From the NCBI RefSeq assembly GCF_036323395.1, contig NZ_AP028907.1, forward strand, positions 1,500,001 through 1,532,000: a stretch of 32,000 bases of DNA. Direction: 5' to 3'. The notes beneath the pieces are model-generated. The model was not told the origin of the DNA and did no database searches. It saw only the letters and a program-made list of their open reading frames with translations. This DNA comes from Pyrodictium abyssi (lineage in GTDB: Archaea; Thermoproteota; Thermoprotei_A; Sulfolobales; Pyrodictiaceae). The position numbers and the translations under genes were made by a program. Below, in pieces: positions 1 to 9,504 of this stretch; positions within the stretch are counted from its first letter, which is position 1, and every line of letters begins with the position of its first letter.

Positions 1-571
1 CTTCTGTGGCTGGCAAGCCGAGTCTACGAGAACGCCACACCTGGACACGATCCCATTTACTCCTGATCACGGCTACTACCACACCATAGCGTGTATCCTC
101 GAGTTTCACTACACTAGGGGCCTTCCTTAGCACTCTAACCCCTGCAGCCTCGCTGAGGAGACGTGCCAATACTCTATTCCATTTCTTCTCGTTGCCGCCT
201 ACTAGGAAGAAGCCACGTGGCTTTACCTCTAGGCCTAAAGCACCTCCTTCTATACGACCCTCTAGAGCTGGTATAAGAGTTTCCATAAAACGTCTTAGAT
301 GTGAATGGCTGTCTAATGAGACACGTACATTGATGATATGCTCGACTGGTACTATACGCTCGACAGTTGCAGGGGGCTCCCTGATAACCAGCCTAAAAGC
401 TTCGGTGGGGCTGAGTCTAGACGAAAGAACATAAAGTAACGGTGCGCAGTCTTCAATCCTTATTTCCACGTCCTCGTCATACTTGAAAAGCGCGTTACCT
501 AGCTCCTCTGCAGCGGCTGAGAGATGCCAAGGCTCTGCAGTTGCTACAAGCACTAACCTACGACCCTGCAT
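1..571 (-). CDS. THUMP-domain-like RNA-binding protein, partial (C-terminal end lies beyond window start)
   Basis: The reverse frame is open from the ATG at 571 (in-frame ATGs also at 595 and 604) to position 1. It is absent from the ORF track because it has no stop inside the window. The translation MQGRRLVLVATAEPWHLSAAAEELG..ATVERIVPVEH..LGLEVKPRGFFLVGG..VVKLEDTRYGVVVAVI follows the layout of short archaeal THUMP proteins. A TATA-like CCTATATTTTG lies on the reverse strand at 644-654. Confidence 0.5.
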   Translation of the reverse strand, partial: MQGRRLVLVATAEPWHLSAAAEELGNALFKYDEDVEIRIEDCAPLLYVLSSRLSPTEAFRLVIREPPATVERIVPVEHIINVRVSLDSHSHLRRFMETLIPALEGRIEGGALGLEVKPRGFFLVGGNEKKWNRVLARLLSEAAGVRVLRKAPSVVKLEDTRYGVVVAVIRSKWDRVQVWRSRRLGLPATE

Positions 572-731
572 GACATACAGCCACCATTGCTGCATCAGGT
601 ACATGGCTGGGAGGCAGCCGTGAATCCGCAAACAAGAGGTAATCAAAATATAGGACGCTAGCAGCTAGCGTGTTAGCGTGGTGTCTCAGCTAATAAATAG
701 TGCGTGTTCAAGTACGGCGGTTTGTACCTGC

Positions 732-2066
732 TTAGTAGCCGGATGTATATAGATACACTAATCCCTTGTATGCGAGTTTTCCTGCGTATATAGCATCGCC
801 TGCTAGCTCCTCCTCTATACGCAGCAGCTCATTGTACTTTGCTGTTCGTTCTCCCCTTGCGGGGGCGCCAGTCTTGATGAAGCCAGCCCGTAAACCTACA
901 GCTATATGGGATATCGTAGTATCCTCAGTCTCTCCGCTACGGTGGCTGACTATTACACGCATACCATTATACATAGCTGCACGGGCATAATCCATGGCCT
1001 CTGTCAGAGTTCCTATCTGGTTAACCTTAAGCAGTGCAGCATTAGAAGCGCCATGCTCTATGCCCTTCTTAAGCCGTTCTAAGTTAGTCACATAGAGGTC
1101 ATCGCCTACTATTAAGACCCTATTACCTATACGCCGGGTTAGCTCGGCATGTGCTTCAAAGTCCTCCTCGTAGAACGGATCTTCTATGCTCGCAATAGGA
1201 TATTCATTTACAAGACTAACGTAGTACTCTAAGAGCTCGTCTCTGGTGAGAGGCCTATCGTCAACAATGTACACGTTCTTCTCAGTGTCATAGAAGTGCG
1301 ACGCAGCAGCATCAAGAGCGAATAGTACTTCGTTACCGGGCGTATACCCGGCCCTAGATACAGCTTCGCGAAGGGCATCAAGCGCCTCTCTGTTACTCTT
1401 CATAGGAGGCGCATAGCCACCCTCGTCGCCAACATTCACCGCAATAGCCCCATAACGATCCTTCAGAACCTGCTTAAGCATATGATACACTTCAGCAGCT
1501 ATACGTATAGCCTCAGCGAATGTATCCGCGCCAACAGGCACTATCATGAACTCTTGGAATGTAAGCTCGTTGCCGGCATGGGCGCCGCCATTAATTATGT
1601 TGAGAAGGGGTGCCGGCAGGATAAAGGTGCCACCAGCACCGCCGAGGTACTCGTATAGAGGAACACCGGCAGTGTCTGCAGCAGCCTTAGCTACGGCTAG
1701 CGAAACCGCGACTATCGCGTTAGCTCCGAGCCTAGACTTGTTAGGCGTGCCGTCAAGCTGGCACATTATGAAGTCTATGAGTCTCTGCTTCCGCGAATCG
1801 AGACCACGTAGCCGTGGAGCAATTATATTGTTAACGTTATAAACAGCCCTACTAACACCCTTGCCGTTAAACTCTTTCCCGCCATCTCTGAGCTCGATAG
1901 CCTCGTGAAGACCCTTAGAAGCACCCGCAGGGGCTGCAGCGCGGCCAAAACCGCTACGCGTTACTACCTCAGCCTCGACAGTAGGATTGCCTCGAGAGTC
2001 TAGAATCATCCTGGCGCGTACATCCTCTATAACGAAGTCGTCCCGGAGCCTAGCTGGTAAACCCAT
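732..2066 (-). CDS. eno: Enolase (2-phosphoglycerate dehydratase)
   Basis: 444 aa ORF with an ATG start. Enolase signatures are readable: ILDSRGNPTVEAEV, SGASKGLHEAIELRDG, NVGDEGGYAP, IEDPFYEEDF, LLKVNQIGTLTEA, VSHRSGETEDT. Confidence 0.97.
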   Translation of the reverse strand: MGLPARLRDDFVIEDVRARMILDSRGNPTVEAEVVTRSGFGRAAAPAGASKGLHEAIELRDGGKEFNGKGVSRAVYNVNNIIAPRLRGLDSRKQRLIDFIMCQLDGTPNKSRLGANAIVAVSLAVAKAAADTAGVPLYEYLGGAGGTFILPAPLLNIINGGAHAGNELTFQEFMIVPVGADTFAEAIRIAAEVYHMLKQVLKDRYGAIAVNVGDEGGYAPPMKSNREALDALREAVSRAGYTPGNEVLFALDAAASHFYDTEKNVYIVDDRPLTRDELLEYYVSLVNEYPIASIEDPFYEEDFEAHAELTRRIGNRVLIVGDDLYVTNLERLKKGIEHGASNAALLKVNQIGTLTEAMDYARAAMYNGMRVIVSHRSGETEDTTISHIAVGLRAGFIKTGAPARGERTAKYNELLRIEEELAGDAIYAGKLAYKGLVYLYTSGY

Positions 2067-2106
2067 ATATCAGCACCTCATTCCCCGTCCTTGGGGGCTG
2101 TAAAGG

Positions 2107-2766
2107 GTGCGTATACTAATCGTTGGCGCAGGTAAACTCGGCTCGCTACTAGCCAAGAGGCTCTCAGAGAAGGGGCACGAAATAATAGTTATCGACAAGG
2201 ACGAGAAAAAAGCCAGAAAGGTGGCAGAAGAAGCAGACGTAGCATCGTACGCAAGAGACGCGACCGACCCATCAACCTACGATGAGGTTAACATAGCCAA
2301 CATAGATGTCGTGGTAGCCGCGACAAATAGGGATGAGGTCAACCTGTTCGCCGCGTTAATGGCCAGGGAATATGGCGTGCCCCGCGTAATAGTTAAGGTT
2401 AGGGATAGTAGGATAGCACAAATACTATCAAGAATAGGCATAGCCGAGCATATAGTAGTTGAGCCCCGGGTCATAGGCTCGATAGTTGAGGGCGTGATAG
2501 AGGGCAAGTATAACGTAGTAGAGCTAGTACCTGTCTACATAGGCGGGTTTAGACTGGTAACAATAACCATAGCTGAAGGCAGTAGCGTCGAGGGACAGCT
2601 CCTTGACGAGGTAAAGTATCCACGGCACGGAGTGAAAATACTAGCAGTATTTGATGGCGAAGAGTTCCACGACCCGGGCGAGATTCTACGCCTCGAGGCT
2701 GGCTATCAGATTATAGCGCTAGTTCGTGACGACATAGTGGAGGAATTCCTTGAAGCATTTAGATAG
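2107..2766 (+). CDS. trkA: TrkA-like K+ transport regulatory protein (RCK: NAD-binding TrkA-N plus TrkA-C)
   Basis: GTG start. The N-terminus has a Rossmann motif, MRILIVGAGKLGSLLAKRLSEKGHEIIVID. The 219 aa length and C-terminal segment (VEGQLLDEV..GVKILAVF) fit a TrkA-C domain. Confidence 0.85.
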   Translation: MRILIVGAGKLGSLLAKRLSEKGHEIIVIDKDEKKARKVAEEADVASYARDATDPSTYDEVNIANIDVVVAATNRDEVNLFAALMAREYGVPRVIVKVRDSRIAQILSRIGIAEHIVVEPRVIGSIVEGVIEGKYNVVELVPVYIGGFRLVTITIAEGSSVEGQLLDEVKYPRHGVKILAVFDGEEFHDPGEILRLEAGYQIIALVRDDIVEEFLEAFR

Positions 2767-2875
2767 TCTAGAAAGAGTCTGCATCCCTGCCTGGGGGTGC
2801 AACTGGAGCTTGTCATCGAATGTAACTGCCCAGACGCTGTCCGTAGATAATGTAACTAGCTTTATAAACCAGGCA

Positions 2876-3664
2876 ATGATATTCGTGAAGGCGCAGTTGT
2901 TAACACCATTATTACAACTACTTATAGTCTTCGTAATAGTGTATCTGTTCTTGCGTGCTGTAAAATCGCTACTTCTACGCCTACAGAAACGCGACATAGT
3001 ATCGAGTACATTGTCCGAGCAAATCTACAGACTTGTATCCCTTGCTACATACGCGGTAACAATAATAACTCTAATCTACATGTTCACTAGCGCCCGAGAA
3101 GTAATATACATACTTATAGTCATATTAGCTGTAATACTACTCTCAAACTGGAGCATCATAGCGGATGTCTCGGCATATTACATAATGCTAGCTTTTAAGC
3201 AAAGCCATAGAGCGGCCACGCTTGTGGAACTACCCCGGCTCGGTATAAAAGGCAAGATAATAGGAACGGGGCTTTTCTATACACGTATTAGGACTCTGTC
3301 CGGTAAGATAGCCTATGTGCCGAACCATGTGATAGTAAGTGAGCCAATAGTACAGCTGACCAACGTTCAAAGCACAGTCATGCTAGAGATAGAAGTTGAC
3401 ACGCCGAGGCTAGAGAAAGGCAACCCAGTAGAATACCTTGAAAGGACAATTAGAAGCATACTCGGCGAAGCCCGGCTAGCTACGAGACCACAAGACGTCA
3501 CAGTACTAGTAACTAGTGCCGATAGCAACCGTATAAGGCTGGAGATCCATGTACCCGTAATGGGTGCAGAACCGAGACCAGCAACAATAAACAGTATAAT
3601 TGCTGAGCTCATCGACGAGCTAGGGGAATTGTCGCCATCCATAAAGTTGAAGCCTCTAGCCTAG
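2876..3664 (+). CDS. MscS-family small-conductance mechanosensitive channel-like protein
   Basis: The ORF track frame is 2750-3664, with a TTG start overlapping trkA. The first ATG is at 2876 and sits just before three predicted TM helices (LLTPLLQLLIVFVIVYLFL, LVSLATYAVTIITLIYMF, VIYILIVILAVILLSNWSII). An MscS-like beta domain follows (GIKGKIIGTGLFYTRIRTLSGKIAYVPNHVIVSEPIVQLT). The start is uncertain. A TTTATAAA element lies at 2861-2868. Confidence 0.72.
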   Translation: MIFVKAQLLTPLLQLLIVFVIVYLFLRAVKSLLLRLQKRDIVSSTLSEQIYRLVSLATYAVTIITLIYMFTSAREVIYILIVILAVILLSNWSIIADVSAYYIMLAFKQSHRAATLVELPRLGIKGKIIGTGLFYTRIRTLSGKIAYVPNHVIVSEPIVQLTNVQSTVMLEIEVDTPRLEKGNPVEYLERTIRSILGEARLATRPQDVTVLVTSADSNRIRLEIHVPVMGAEPRPATINSIIAELIDELGELSPSIKLKPLA

Positions 3665-3739
3665 GCCAGACGCAAGGCTATTAGTGGATGGCAGTACTGC
3701 TAACACCAATGCGGCAGGGGCAAGCTAACGGTGGTGACG

Positions 3740-4054
3740 ATGCCAAGAGGGAAAAAGGATCCATATGTCTGCCCTAGGTGCGGTACCAGGACAGAGCCGA
3801 CCAAGACATGGCAGCTGGTTTCTCCATTTCCTGATGCAAAGGGCCGCATAACAATAACAGTAATGGGTAGCTTTGTATGCCCTGAGTGCGGCCACCGATG
3901 GAGAAGCGTAGTATCAAAGATTAAGGTGGGTGGTAGCGAGGTCGAGGTAGAATCCGGTAAAGGCGCTAAGGCGGCCATAAAGAATGAAAAGGAGAAGGAA
4001 GAGCGGAGAGGAGAGATAATAGAGATAGACATAGACGACATCGACGAAGAGTAG
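3740..4054 (+). CDS. Small zinc-ribbon protein with two CPxCG motifs and an acidic/lysine-rich tail
   Basis: MPRGKKDPYVCPRCG...FVCPECGHRW, followed by KNEKEKEERRGEIIEIDIDDIDEE. The ATG at 3740 is preferred over the GTG at 3731. Confidence 0.6.
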   Translation: MPRGKKDPYVCPRCGTRTEPTKTWQLVSPFPDAKGRITITVMGSFVCPECGHRWRSVVSKIKVGGSEVEVESGKGAKAAIKNEKEKEERRGEIIEIDIDDIDEE

Positions 4055-4099
4055 CTGGGATAGGTTAACCCCCATAGAAATGAGCTTAGGGGTCTTTTA

Positions 4100-4585
4100 A
4101 TGGACGCCGAAATGAAGGCAACTCTGAAGACACTGGCAATCGTGGTAGCGATTGCCGCGGTACTAGTGCTGGCAAAGAATAGCATTGGAGAGAGACTAGG
4201 CATCTCTACGCCGTTCGTGGTAGTTGAAGGCTATAGCATGTTGCCTACGCTGTACAACGGCGACATAGTAATAGTTTATAAGCCATCCCCATATGACATA
4301 AAGATAGGGGACATTCTCGTATATCATAGTCTTAGAGGAGAACTAGTTATCCATAGAGTCATCAAAATAAATAGCGGCCCCGGCTGTAAGCCGCTCTGCT
4401 ATGTCACCAAGGGAGACAACAACCCGGTAGATGATGTTGCGCTCATGCTACAGCCGCGCCTAGGCATAAGCTACGACGAGGTAGTAGGTGTCGTGTACCA
4501 GATAGACCTGGACATCAATGGGAAAAACGTTGTTGCCCCGCTCCGCATCCCCTATCTGGGCCTTCTAAGCTTCATAGCGCGCTGA
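4100..4585 (+). CDS. Signal peptidase I, archaeal/Sec11 type (S26B)
   Basis: An N-terminal TM anchor (LKTLAIVVAIAAVLVLA) is followed by VVVEGYSMLPTLYNGDIVIV (catalytic Ser box), VIHRVI (His box) and TKGDNNPVDD. Confidence 0.85.
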   Translation: MDAEMKATLKTLAIVVAIAAVLVLAKNSIGERLGISTPFVVVEGYSMLPTLYNGDIVIVYKPSPYDIKIGDILVYHSLRGELVIHRVIKINSGPGCKPLCYVTKGDNNPVDDVALMLQPRLGISYDEVVGVVYQIDLDINGKNVVAPLRIPYLGLLSFIAR

Positions 4586-6650
4586 AGGGACACTTGCCCT
4601 GTTTAACAAAGTATGCGGCTACCTCGCGGACCCAGCGACCCGCTGAACTAAGCTGCGCCATCTTTTGCAGAAACTCGAGGCAGTCGACGCCAGCCCTTCT
4701 ACGCCATTCCATATAGCCTTGGAGTAGCCTCTGAAGCGCCTCTTGGTGGAAACGACATAGTCCTGCTTCTGTGGCCTCACGCTGGCATATAATGCAAGTA
4801 TTCCTAGGTTTTATAATATTGAGGGCCTTGGCGAGTTCCATGCCCACGGACTCCATGGCGCCCTTCTTAAACTCTGCTAGAATTGAGCTAAGAAGACGCT
4901 TAGCCTCATCTATGACTGCTGAGCGGCTAGTCTTACGAGCTCTAATAGCCTCAAGGTGCTCCTCGAAGTATCTAGTAAGTTCTACGCTAGTAAGCTGTGG
5001 GAAGTACCTGGCCAGAACCCAGGCTACAGCGTAGCCTAGCTCCGTAACTTCTATTCTCTTGCCCCGGCTAGCAAGGTAGCCACGCTCAAACAAGAGCTCC
5101 ACAATCCTAGCCCTTGTAGCCTCTGTGCCAATACCCACACGCTCCATCCATTTGACGAGCGACGCTTTAGTGTACGGCTCAGGAGGGCCACTGTAAGCTA
5201 TACGCACAGAGACCCTCTTAACATCAACGATATCGCCCACTCTAAGCCGTGGTATCTGGCTCTCTTTCGGTGCTGCGAAGTAGTAGATTCTCAGCCAGCC
5301 ATGGTCCAGTATGCGCAGCCCCGATAACTCGAGAGAACCTATGCCCGTGGCGGCTAGCCTGGCGTGAGCCCTAGCCAGTATGGCGGGGGGTGCCATAGAA
5401 GCTAGGAACCGCCTCACTATGAGATCGTATATTCTCTTCTGTGCGCCGGTTAGCGGTGTGGATGGCACCTCTCCAGTAGGATGTATGGCTGGATGGGCAG
5501 GGTCGTCTTTAGGGCCATTACGCGGGCGAAGGATGCCACCGGTTGCGCGGAGAAGATAGCCGACTAGGTTGTGGTACTCGCTAATTCTTGCTAGGTTCCT
5601 AACTATGGTGGCCACATCTACGGATTCCGGTATTTTCTGGCTATTCGTACGAGGATAGCTTATCAGCCCCTCTAGATATAGTTGCTCGGCAACGCGCTGT
5701 GTAAACATAGGGCTATAGCCGAAGAGCCTAGCAGCCTCGGCCTGTAGGTCACCAAGATTAAACGGGTAAGGCGGGAGAAGTCTTTCTCTCCATTCCCGGT
5801 AAGATACCACCTTAAGGAAGCGGGCCCGTCTCAGCTTCTCGGCAGCTTTTAGTGCATCTTGCCGCGTCTCATATACAGCTAGACGTCCAGTATGCTTGTA
5901 GTCGCCGAGAGCTATAGTAACGTTGACTGCAAAGCTAGGCAGGGGGACAAATAAGTTGATTTCTTTGTCTCTTGTAACGGCTTCAATGAGCGTGGGAGAC
6001 TGGACTCTTCCAGCACTTAGAACTACACGTCTACCGGTTACACGGCTGACCGAATCCATAAGCGCTCTGCTAACATTGACTCCCCATATCCAATCTAGCT
6101 CGTGCCTAGCAAGTCCTGCTTCTATCATATCCCAGTCTAGCGGCTCTAGACGCCTAAAGGCCCGCTGGATATCTTGCCGCGTCAGGGCACTGAACTTGGC
6201 TCTATACGCCCTCTTGACGTCGCCAAGACTCTTTATAATCATATAGCCTATCACGCTACCCTCTATATCGTAGTCGCAAGCATTAATGAACACAGTGGCT
6301 CTGCCGGCAAGCTTCTCAAGAACCTCAAAGAAACGCTTAGTATACGACGCGCTACCGTCTATGCGCCATAGGGGTGCCCAGTAGTAGCTGAAGACAGGAA
6401 ACCCTCTTTCATCCGTTGTGAGCCCGAACAAGTGGCCGGCGGCAGAAGCTATTACATGTAGGCGCCCATTCCACGAGACAAGCCAGTAGGGAACCTTGCC
6501 AAGACGGCACAGCTTAGGCCTAGTACTATTGGACAGAGCCTCCGCTATCTTGCGTGCCGCCTTAGGCTTCTCAGCTATGACAAGGACGTAACCATGCCCG
6601 GCTGTGCAGCCAGCGCTGCTTCTACTCCGCCCTAGGCGTCTACGCGCCAT
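4572..6650 (-). CDS. topA: DNA topoisomerase, type IA (archaeal TopA / topoisomerase III-like)
   Basis: Toprim N-terminus (VLVIAEKPKAARKIAEAL, ACDYDIEGSVIGY), active-site tyrosine box GLISYPRTNSQKIP, and a C-terminal Cys cluster CIICQRE..CRFH. The ORF track start at 6674 is TTG, so the first ATG (6650, MARRRLG) is used here. The 3' end overlaps the convergent signal peptidase gene by 14 nt. Confidence 0.92.
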   Translation of the reverse strand: MARRRLGRSRSSAGCTAGHGYVLVIAEKPKAARKIAEALSNSTRPKLCRLGKVPYWLVSWNGRLHVIASAAGHLFGLTTDERGFPVFSYYWAPLWRIDGSASYTKRFFEVLEKLAGRATVFINACDYDIEGSVIGYMIIKSLGDVKRAYRAKFSALTRQDIQRAFRRLEPLDWDMIEAGLARHELDWIWGVNVSRALMDSVSRVTGRRVVLSAGRVQSPTLIEAVTRDKEINLFVPLPSFAVNVTIALGDYKHTGRLAVYETRQDALKAAEKLRRARFLKVVSYREWRERLLPPYPFNLGDLQAEAARLFGYSPMFTQRVAEQLYLEGLISYPRTNSQKIPESVDVATIVRNLARISEYHNLVGYLLRATGGILRPRNGPKDDPAHPAIHPTGEVPSTPLTGAQKRIYDLIVRRFLASMAPPAILARAHARLAATGIGSLELSGLRILDHGWLRIYYFAAPKESQIPRLRVGDIVDVKRVSVRIAYSGPPEPYTKASLVKWMERVGIGTEATRARIVELLFERGYLASRGKRIEVTELGYAVAWVLARYFPQLTSVELTRYFEEHLEAIRARKTSRSAVIDEAKRLLSSILAEFKKGAMESVGMELAKALNIIKPRNTCIICQREATEAGLCRFHQEALQRLLQGYMEWRRRAGVDCLEFLQKMAQLSSAGRWVREVAAYFVKQGKCPFSAL

Positions 6651-6830
6651 AACCTTGCTGCTCCCTCGCAACACTCGGCCAACATCCCTAACACGCTACA
6701 TGACACGAGTACTCGCATGAGGCTGCCTCGGGATCATCAGTATACCCAAGCTAGCCCCGGGGCCCGCTCTAGAGAAAACAGGGCCAAAAGCCCAGGAGGG
6801 GTCTGGAACACTGTTGAATGGTCACAAGCT

Positions 6831-7145
6831 CTAGTGTATACGGAGACGAAGCTTGTCGAGTTCTACTAGCCATTTCAAAGGTATCGGCTGGACGTCGCCA
6901 CGCCTAGTATAGCGTATGATAGTCATAGGTAGAACCCCAGCCTCTAGCTCCTTCTTTGCTAGCAGCACCGGGTCCTCCCTAACATGCTGGGGCTCCTGCT
7001 CTGTGTCAATAAGTACAGGTGCGCCCATGCTTATCTGAAGCGCCCTAACGCCTATGACTCTTGCACGCTCGAAACGAGTAAGCCAAGGGGGCCCGATCTT
7101 TATCATCTTCTTGAGCTCGCTAATGCTGTGCTCCTGGGCTGACAT
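6831..7145 (-). CDS. rpoK: DNA-directed RNA polymerase subunit K (Rpo6)
   Basis: [26 protein letters not shown] ... [22 protein letters not shown] is the conserved RpoK/Rpb6 core. A TATA-like TTTTATAC lies on the reverse strand about 40 nt upstream. Confidence 0.93.
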   Translation of the reverse strand: MSAQEHSISELKKMIKIGPPWLTRFERARVIGVRALQISMGAPVLIDTEQEPQHVREDPVLLAKKELEAGVLPMTIIRYTRRGDVQPIPLKWLVELDKLRLRIH

Positions 7146-7264
7146 GCTCTCCCCCGCAGACTAGACGCAAAACGCTAGGAGCAGTATAAAAGAATAGGAC
7201 TCTACCAGCACGAGTATATGTGGGAACCCGAAAACAAGCTAGAATGCATTAAGACGTGTACTGT

Positions 7265-7284
7265 AAAAACAAGCAACTTGTTAG
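7265..7284 (-). terminator. Putative terminator of the thermosome gene (small hairpin plus T5)
   Basis: The reverse strand reads CAAGTTGCTTG followed by TTTTT, 20-40 nt after the stop at 7305. A TTTT run also lies immediately after the stop. Confidence 0.4.
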
Positions 7285-7304
7285 ACTAGAGTGCTAAAAG
7301 GGTG

Positions 7305-8972
7305 TTAGTCTTCCTTGCCCTTCTTGCCCTTCTTCTCCTCGGTCTTCGGCGCAGCGGCAATCACGTCGTCTATCTTCAGTATCGCTGTGGCAGCCTCAGT
7401 AGCGCTCTTAAGCACCTGCTCCTTGACCAGTATCGGCTCTATCACGTTGATCTTTGTCATGTCCTCCTCTATCTTGCCGTTTATGGCGTCGATGCCGGCG
7501 AAGGTCTTGCCCTCAGCGTGTAGCCTCCTTAGGTCCATTAGCGCCTGGAGAGCGTCCATGCCAGCGCTCTCTGCTAGCACCATTGGTATCTCCTCAAGGG
7601 CGTCAGCGTAGGCCTCTACTGCTAGCTGCTCCTTTCCGCCTAGGCTCTCAGCGAACTTCCTAAGCCTTAGTGCTAGCTCTACCTCTACAGCGCCGCCGCC
7701 AGGTACTATCATTGGCTTCCTTAGCACATTGCGGAGCACGTGGAGCGCGTCGTTTAGGCTTCTCTCAGCCTCGTCTAGCACCATATCGTTGGCGCCGCGT
7801 ATGAGTATTGTTACTGCCTTGGGGTTGGGGCAGCCCTCTATGAACACCATCTTATCGTTGCCGACCTTTCTCTCCTCTACTAGCTTGGCGAAGCCTAGGT
7901 CTTCAGGCTTTAGGTCGCGGAGGCTGCTCACTATCTTACCGCCGGTCGCATACTCTAGCTTCTCTAGATCGCTCCTCTTTACTCTTCTTACTGCCATTAT
8001 GCCCTTCTTGGCTAGGAAGTGCTGGGCTACCTCGTCGATACCCTTCTGGGTTATCACTACTATGCCAGCCTTCTCCGGGTCCACACCATCCTTCTTCATA
8101 CGCTCAACAGCAACACTATAGATCTTCTCGACCATCTCGCGTAGTAGGCGTGCCTCCTCGTCTAGGAAGGCCTTGATCTGCTCTGGAGATGTTATGTTGA
8201 TCTTAGCAGTTATCTCTGGCTTCTCGACCTCTAGTGGGGCGTCGAGGAGCACTATGTAAGCGTTCTCAATCCTCTTAGGCATGCCGGGGTGTACTACCTC
8301 CTTGTCGAGCACAATGCCCTCTACTAGCTGGCTGTCGAGTAGGCTGCCGCCCTTCTTCTTCTCAATCTTTATCCTGTCTAGGCGTACCTCGTAGGTGCCG
8401 TCGCCCTTGGGCTCTGCAACGCGTAGTACGGCCTCTACTGCCATGTCTGTCAGCTTGTCCATTGTAGCGCCGCTGCCGACATACTTGCTGTAGAGGCTTG
8501 TAGAGGCTATCCTCTTCAGCAGCTGGCGGTCGTTAATGTCAACCTTCACTGCTATCTTGGCTAGCTCCTTGAGGGCAAAGTCTAGGGCCTTCTTGTAGCC
8601 CTCGATTATCGTTGTTGGGTGTATGTTCTCGTCTAGTAGGTTCTCAGCTCTATCGAGTAGCATGCCGGAGAGGACTACAGCGCTGGTAGTGCCGTCACCT
8701 ACCTCTGCGTCCTGCGCCTTTGCCACCTCTACTAGTAGCTTGGCAGCGGGGTGCTGTATCTCCATCTCCTTTAGTATTGTGGCACCGTCGTTGGTTATGG
8801 TTACGTCGCCGAAGCTGTCTACTAGCATCTTGTCGAGGCCGCGTGGGCCTAGACTGCTCTTGAGGACCTCAGCGAGCACCTTTGCAGCTAGTATGTTGTT
8901 GCGTAGAGCCTCCCTACCGTATACCCTCTGGGTACCCTCCTTTAGAACTAGCACTGGTACGCCGAGCGCCAT
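7305..8972 (-). CDS. ths: Thermosome subunit (group II chaperonin)
   Basis: 555 aa with [43 protein letters not shown] and a C-terminal [11 protein letters not shown] tail. Confidence 0.97.
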   Translation of the reverse strand: MALGVPVLVLKEGTQRVYGREALRNNILAAKVLAEVLKSSLGPRGLDKMLVDSFGDVTITNDGATILKEMEIQHPAAKLLVEVAKAQDAEVGDGTTSAVVLSGMLLDRAENLLDENIHPTTIIEGYKKALDFALKELAKIAVKVDINDRQLLKRIASTSLYSKYVGSGATMDKLTDMAVEAVLRVAEPKGDGTYEVRLDRIKIEKKKGGSLLDSQLVEGIVLDKEVVHPGMPKRIENAYIVLLDAPLEVEKPEITAKINITSPEQIKAFLDEEARLLREMVEKIYSVAVERMKKDGVDPEKAGIVVITQKGIDEVAQHFLAKKGIMAVRRVKRSDLEKLEYATGGKIVSSLRDLKPEDLGFAKLVEERKVGNDKMVFIEGCPNPKAVTILIRGANDMVLDEAERSLNDALHVLRNVLRKPMIVPGGGAVEVELALRLRKFAESLGGKEQLAVEAYADALEEIPMVLAESAGMDALQALMDLRRLHAEGKTFAGIDAINGKIEEDMTKINVIEPILVKEQVLKSATEAATAILKIDDVIAAAPKTEEKKGKKGKED

Positions 8973-9037
8973 GGCTTACACCTCTAGGCGTCCCTTATGT
9001 CCTTGTGTCCGTGTGTAGGTTGCCTTCAGAGGGCTTC

Positions 9038-9045
9038 TATATAAA
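9038..9045 (-). promoter_or_regulatory. Canonical TATA box (TTTATATA) upstream of the thermosome gene
   Basis: The reverse strand reads TTTATATA, 66 nt upstream of the ATG at 8972. Confidence 0.55.
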
Positions 9046-9129
9046 CCTTACTGTTCGTGGTCTTGTGGTGTGCAATGAATGTGTTGGTGTGCACAACTTT
9101 GGCTGCTATGGGTAGAAGCGGGTGATGTG

Positions 9130-9504
9130 TTAGAAGCGTAGCGAGAGCCCCAGCTTCGCAGGACTTGTATTACGGCTGCGAAGAGCATATAGTATACCTC
9201 GACGGATGGCGTACTTATCGCTCTGATAGTTGTAGAAGAAGCCTATTTGTTCCCAGATCTTCTCGCCTTCGAAGTAGAGCTGGAGTCTCGGTATTGATGA
9301 GGCATACTGGTTCACAACAGAGGGGGCTACTGCGGCATCAACTCTAGCAACCGCTATTATAGGCTCAACAGCGTACGCTATGTCCTCCATTATGCTTGCT
9401 AGGTACCTGCCAGTAGGGCTACGAGAATCATAGAAGAGTACAAGCACTATACGCGAAGACTCTATTAGGCTCTCAAACTCGTCGAGCGCTCGAACCTCCA
9501 GCAT
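9130..9504 (-). CDS. Thioredoxin-fold protein lacking the CxxC redox motif
   Basis: The layout is Trx-like (IVLVLFYDSRSPTGRYLASIME ... VARVDAAVAPSVVNQYASSIPRLQLYFEGEKI). The position of WCGPC is occupied by SRSPTG. Confidence 0.5.
   Translation of the reverse strand: MLEVRALDEFESLIESSRIVLVLFYDSRSPTGRYLASIMEDIAYAVEPIIAVARVDAAVAPSVVNQYASSIPRLQLYFEGEKIWEQIGFFYNYQSDKYAIRRGILYALRSRNTSPAKLGLSLRF

Noticed and set aside
192-434. The 80 aa plus-strand ORF near the window start.
   Set aside because: It is antisense to the uninterrupted THUMP-like frame that runs from 571 to the window edge. Its composition is Arg/Ser/Pro-rich.
6734-6740. C-box-like CUGAUGA on the minus strand upstream of topA.
   Set aside because: No D box (CUGA or a GA-retaining variant) at a compatible distance, no C'/D' spacing and no terminal stem. 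This is a likely chance match.
7315-9018. Several plus-strand ORFs (98, 69, 130, 131 aa) inside the thermosome gene.
   Set aside because: They are antisense to a very well-supported CDS. Their Ser/Ala/Leu-rich low-complexity translations are typical of the reverse frame of a GC-biased gene.
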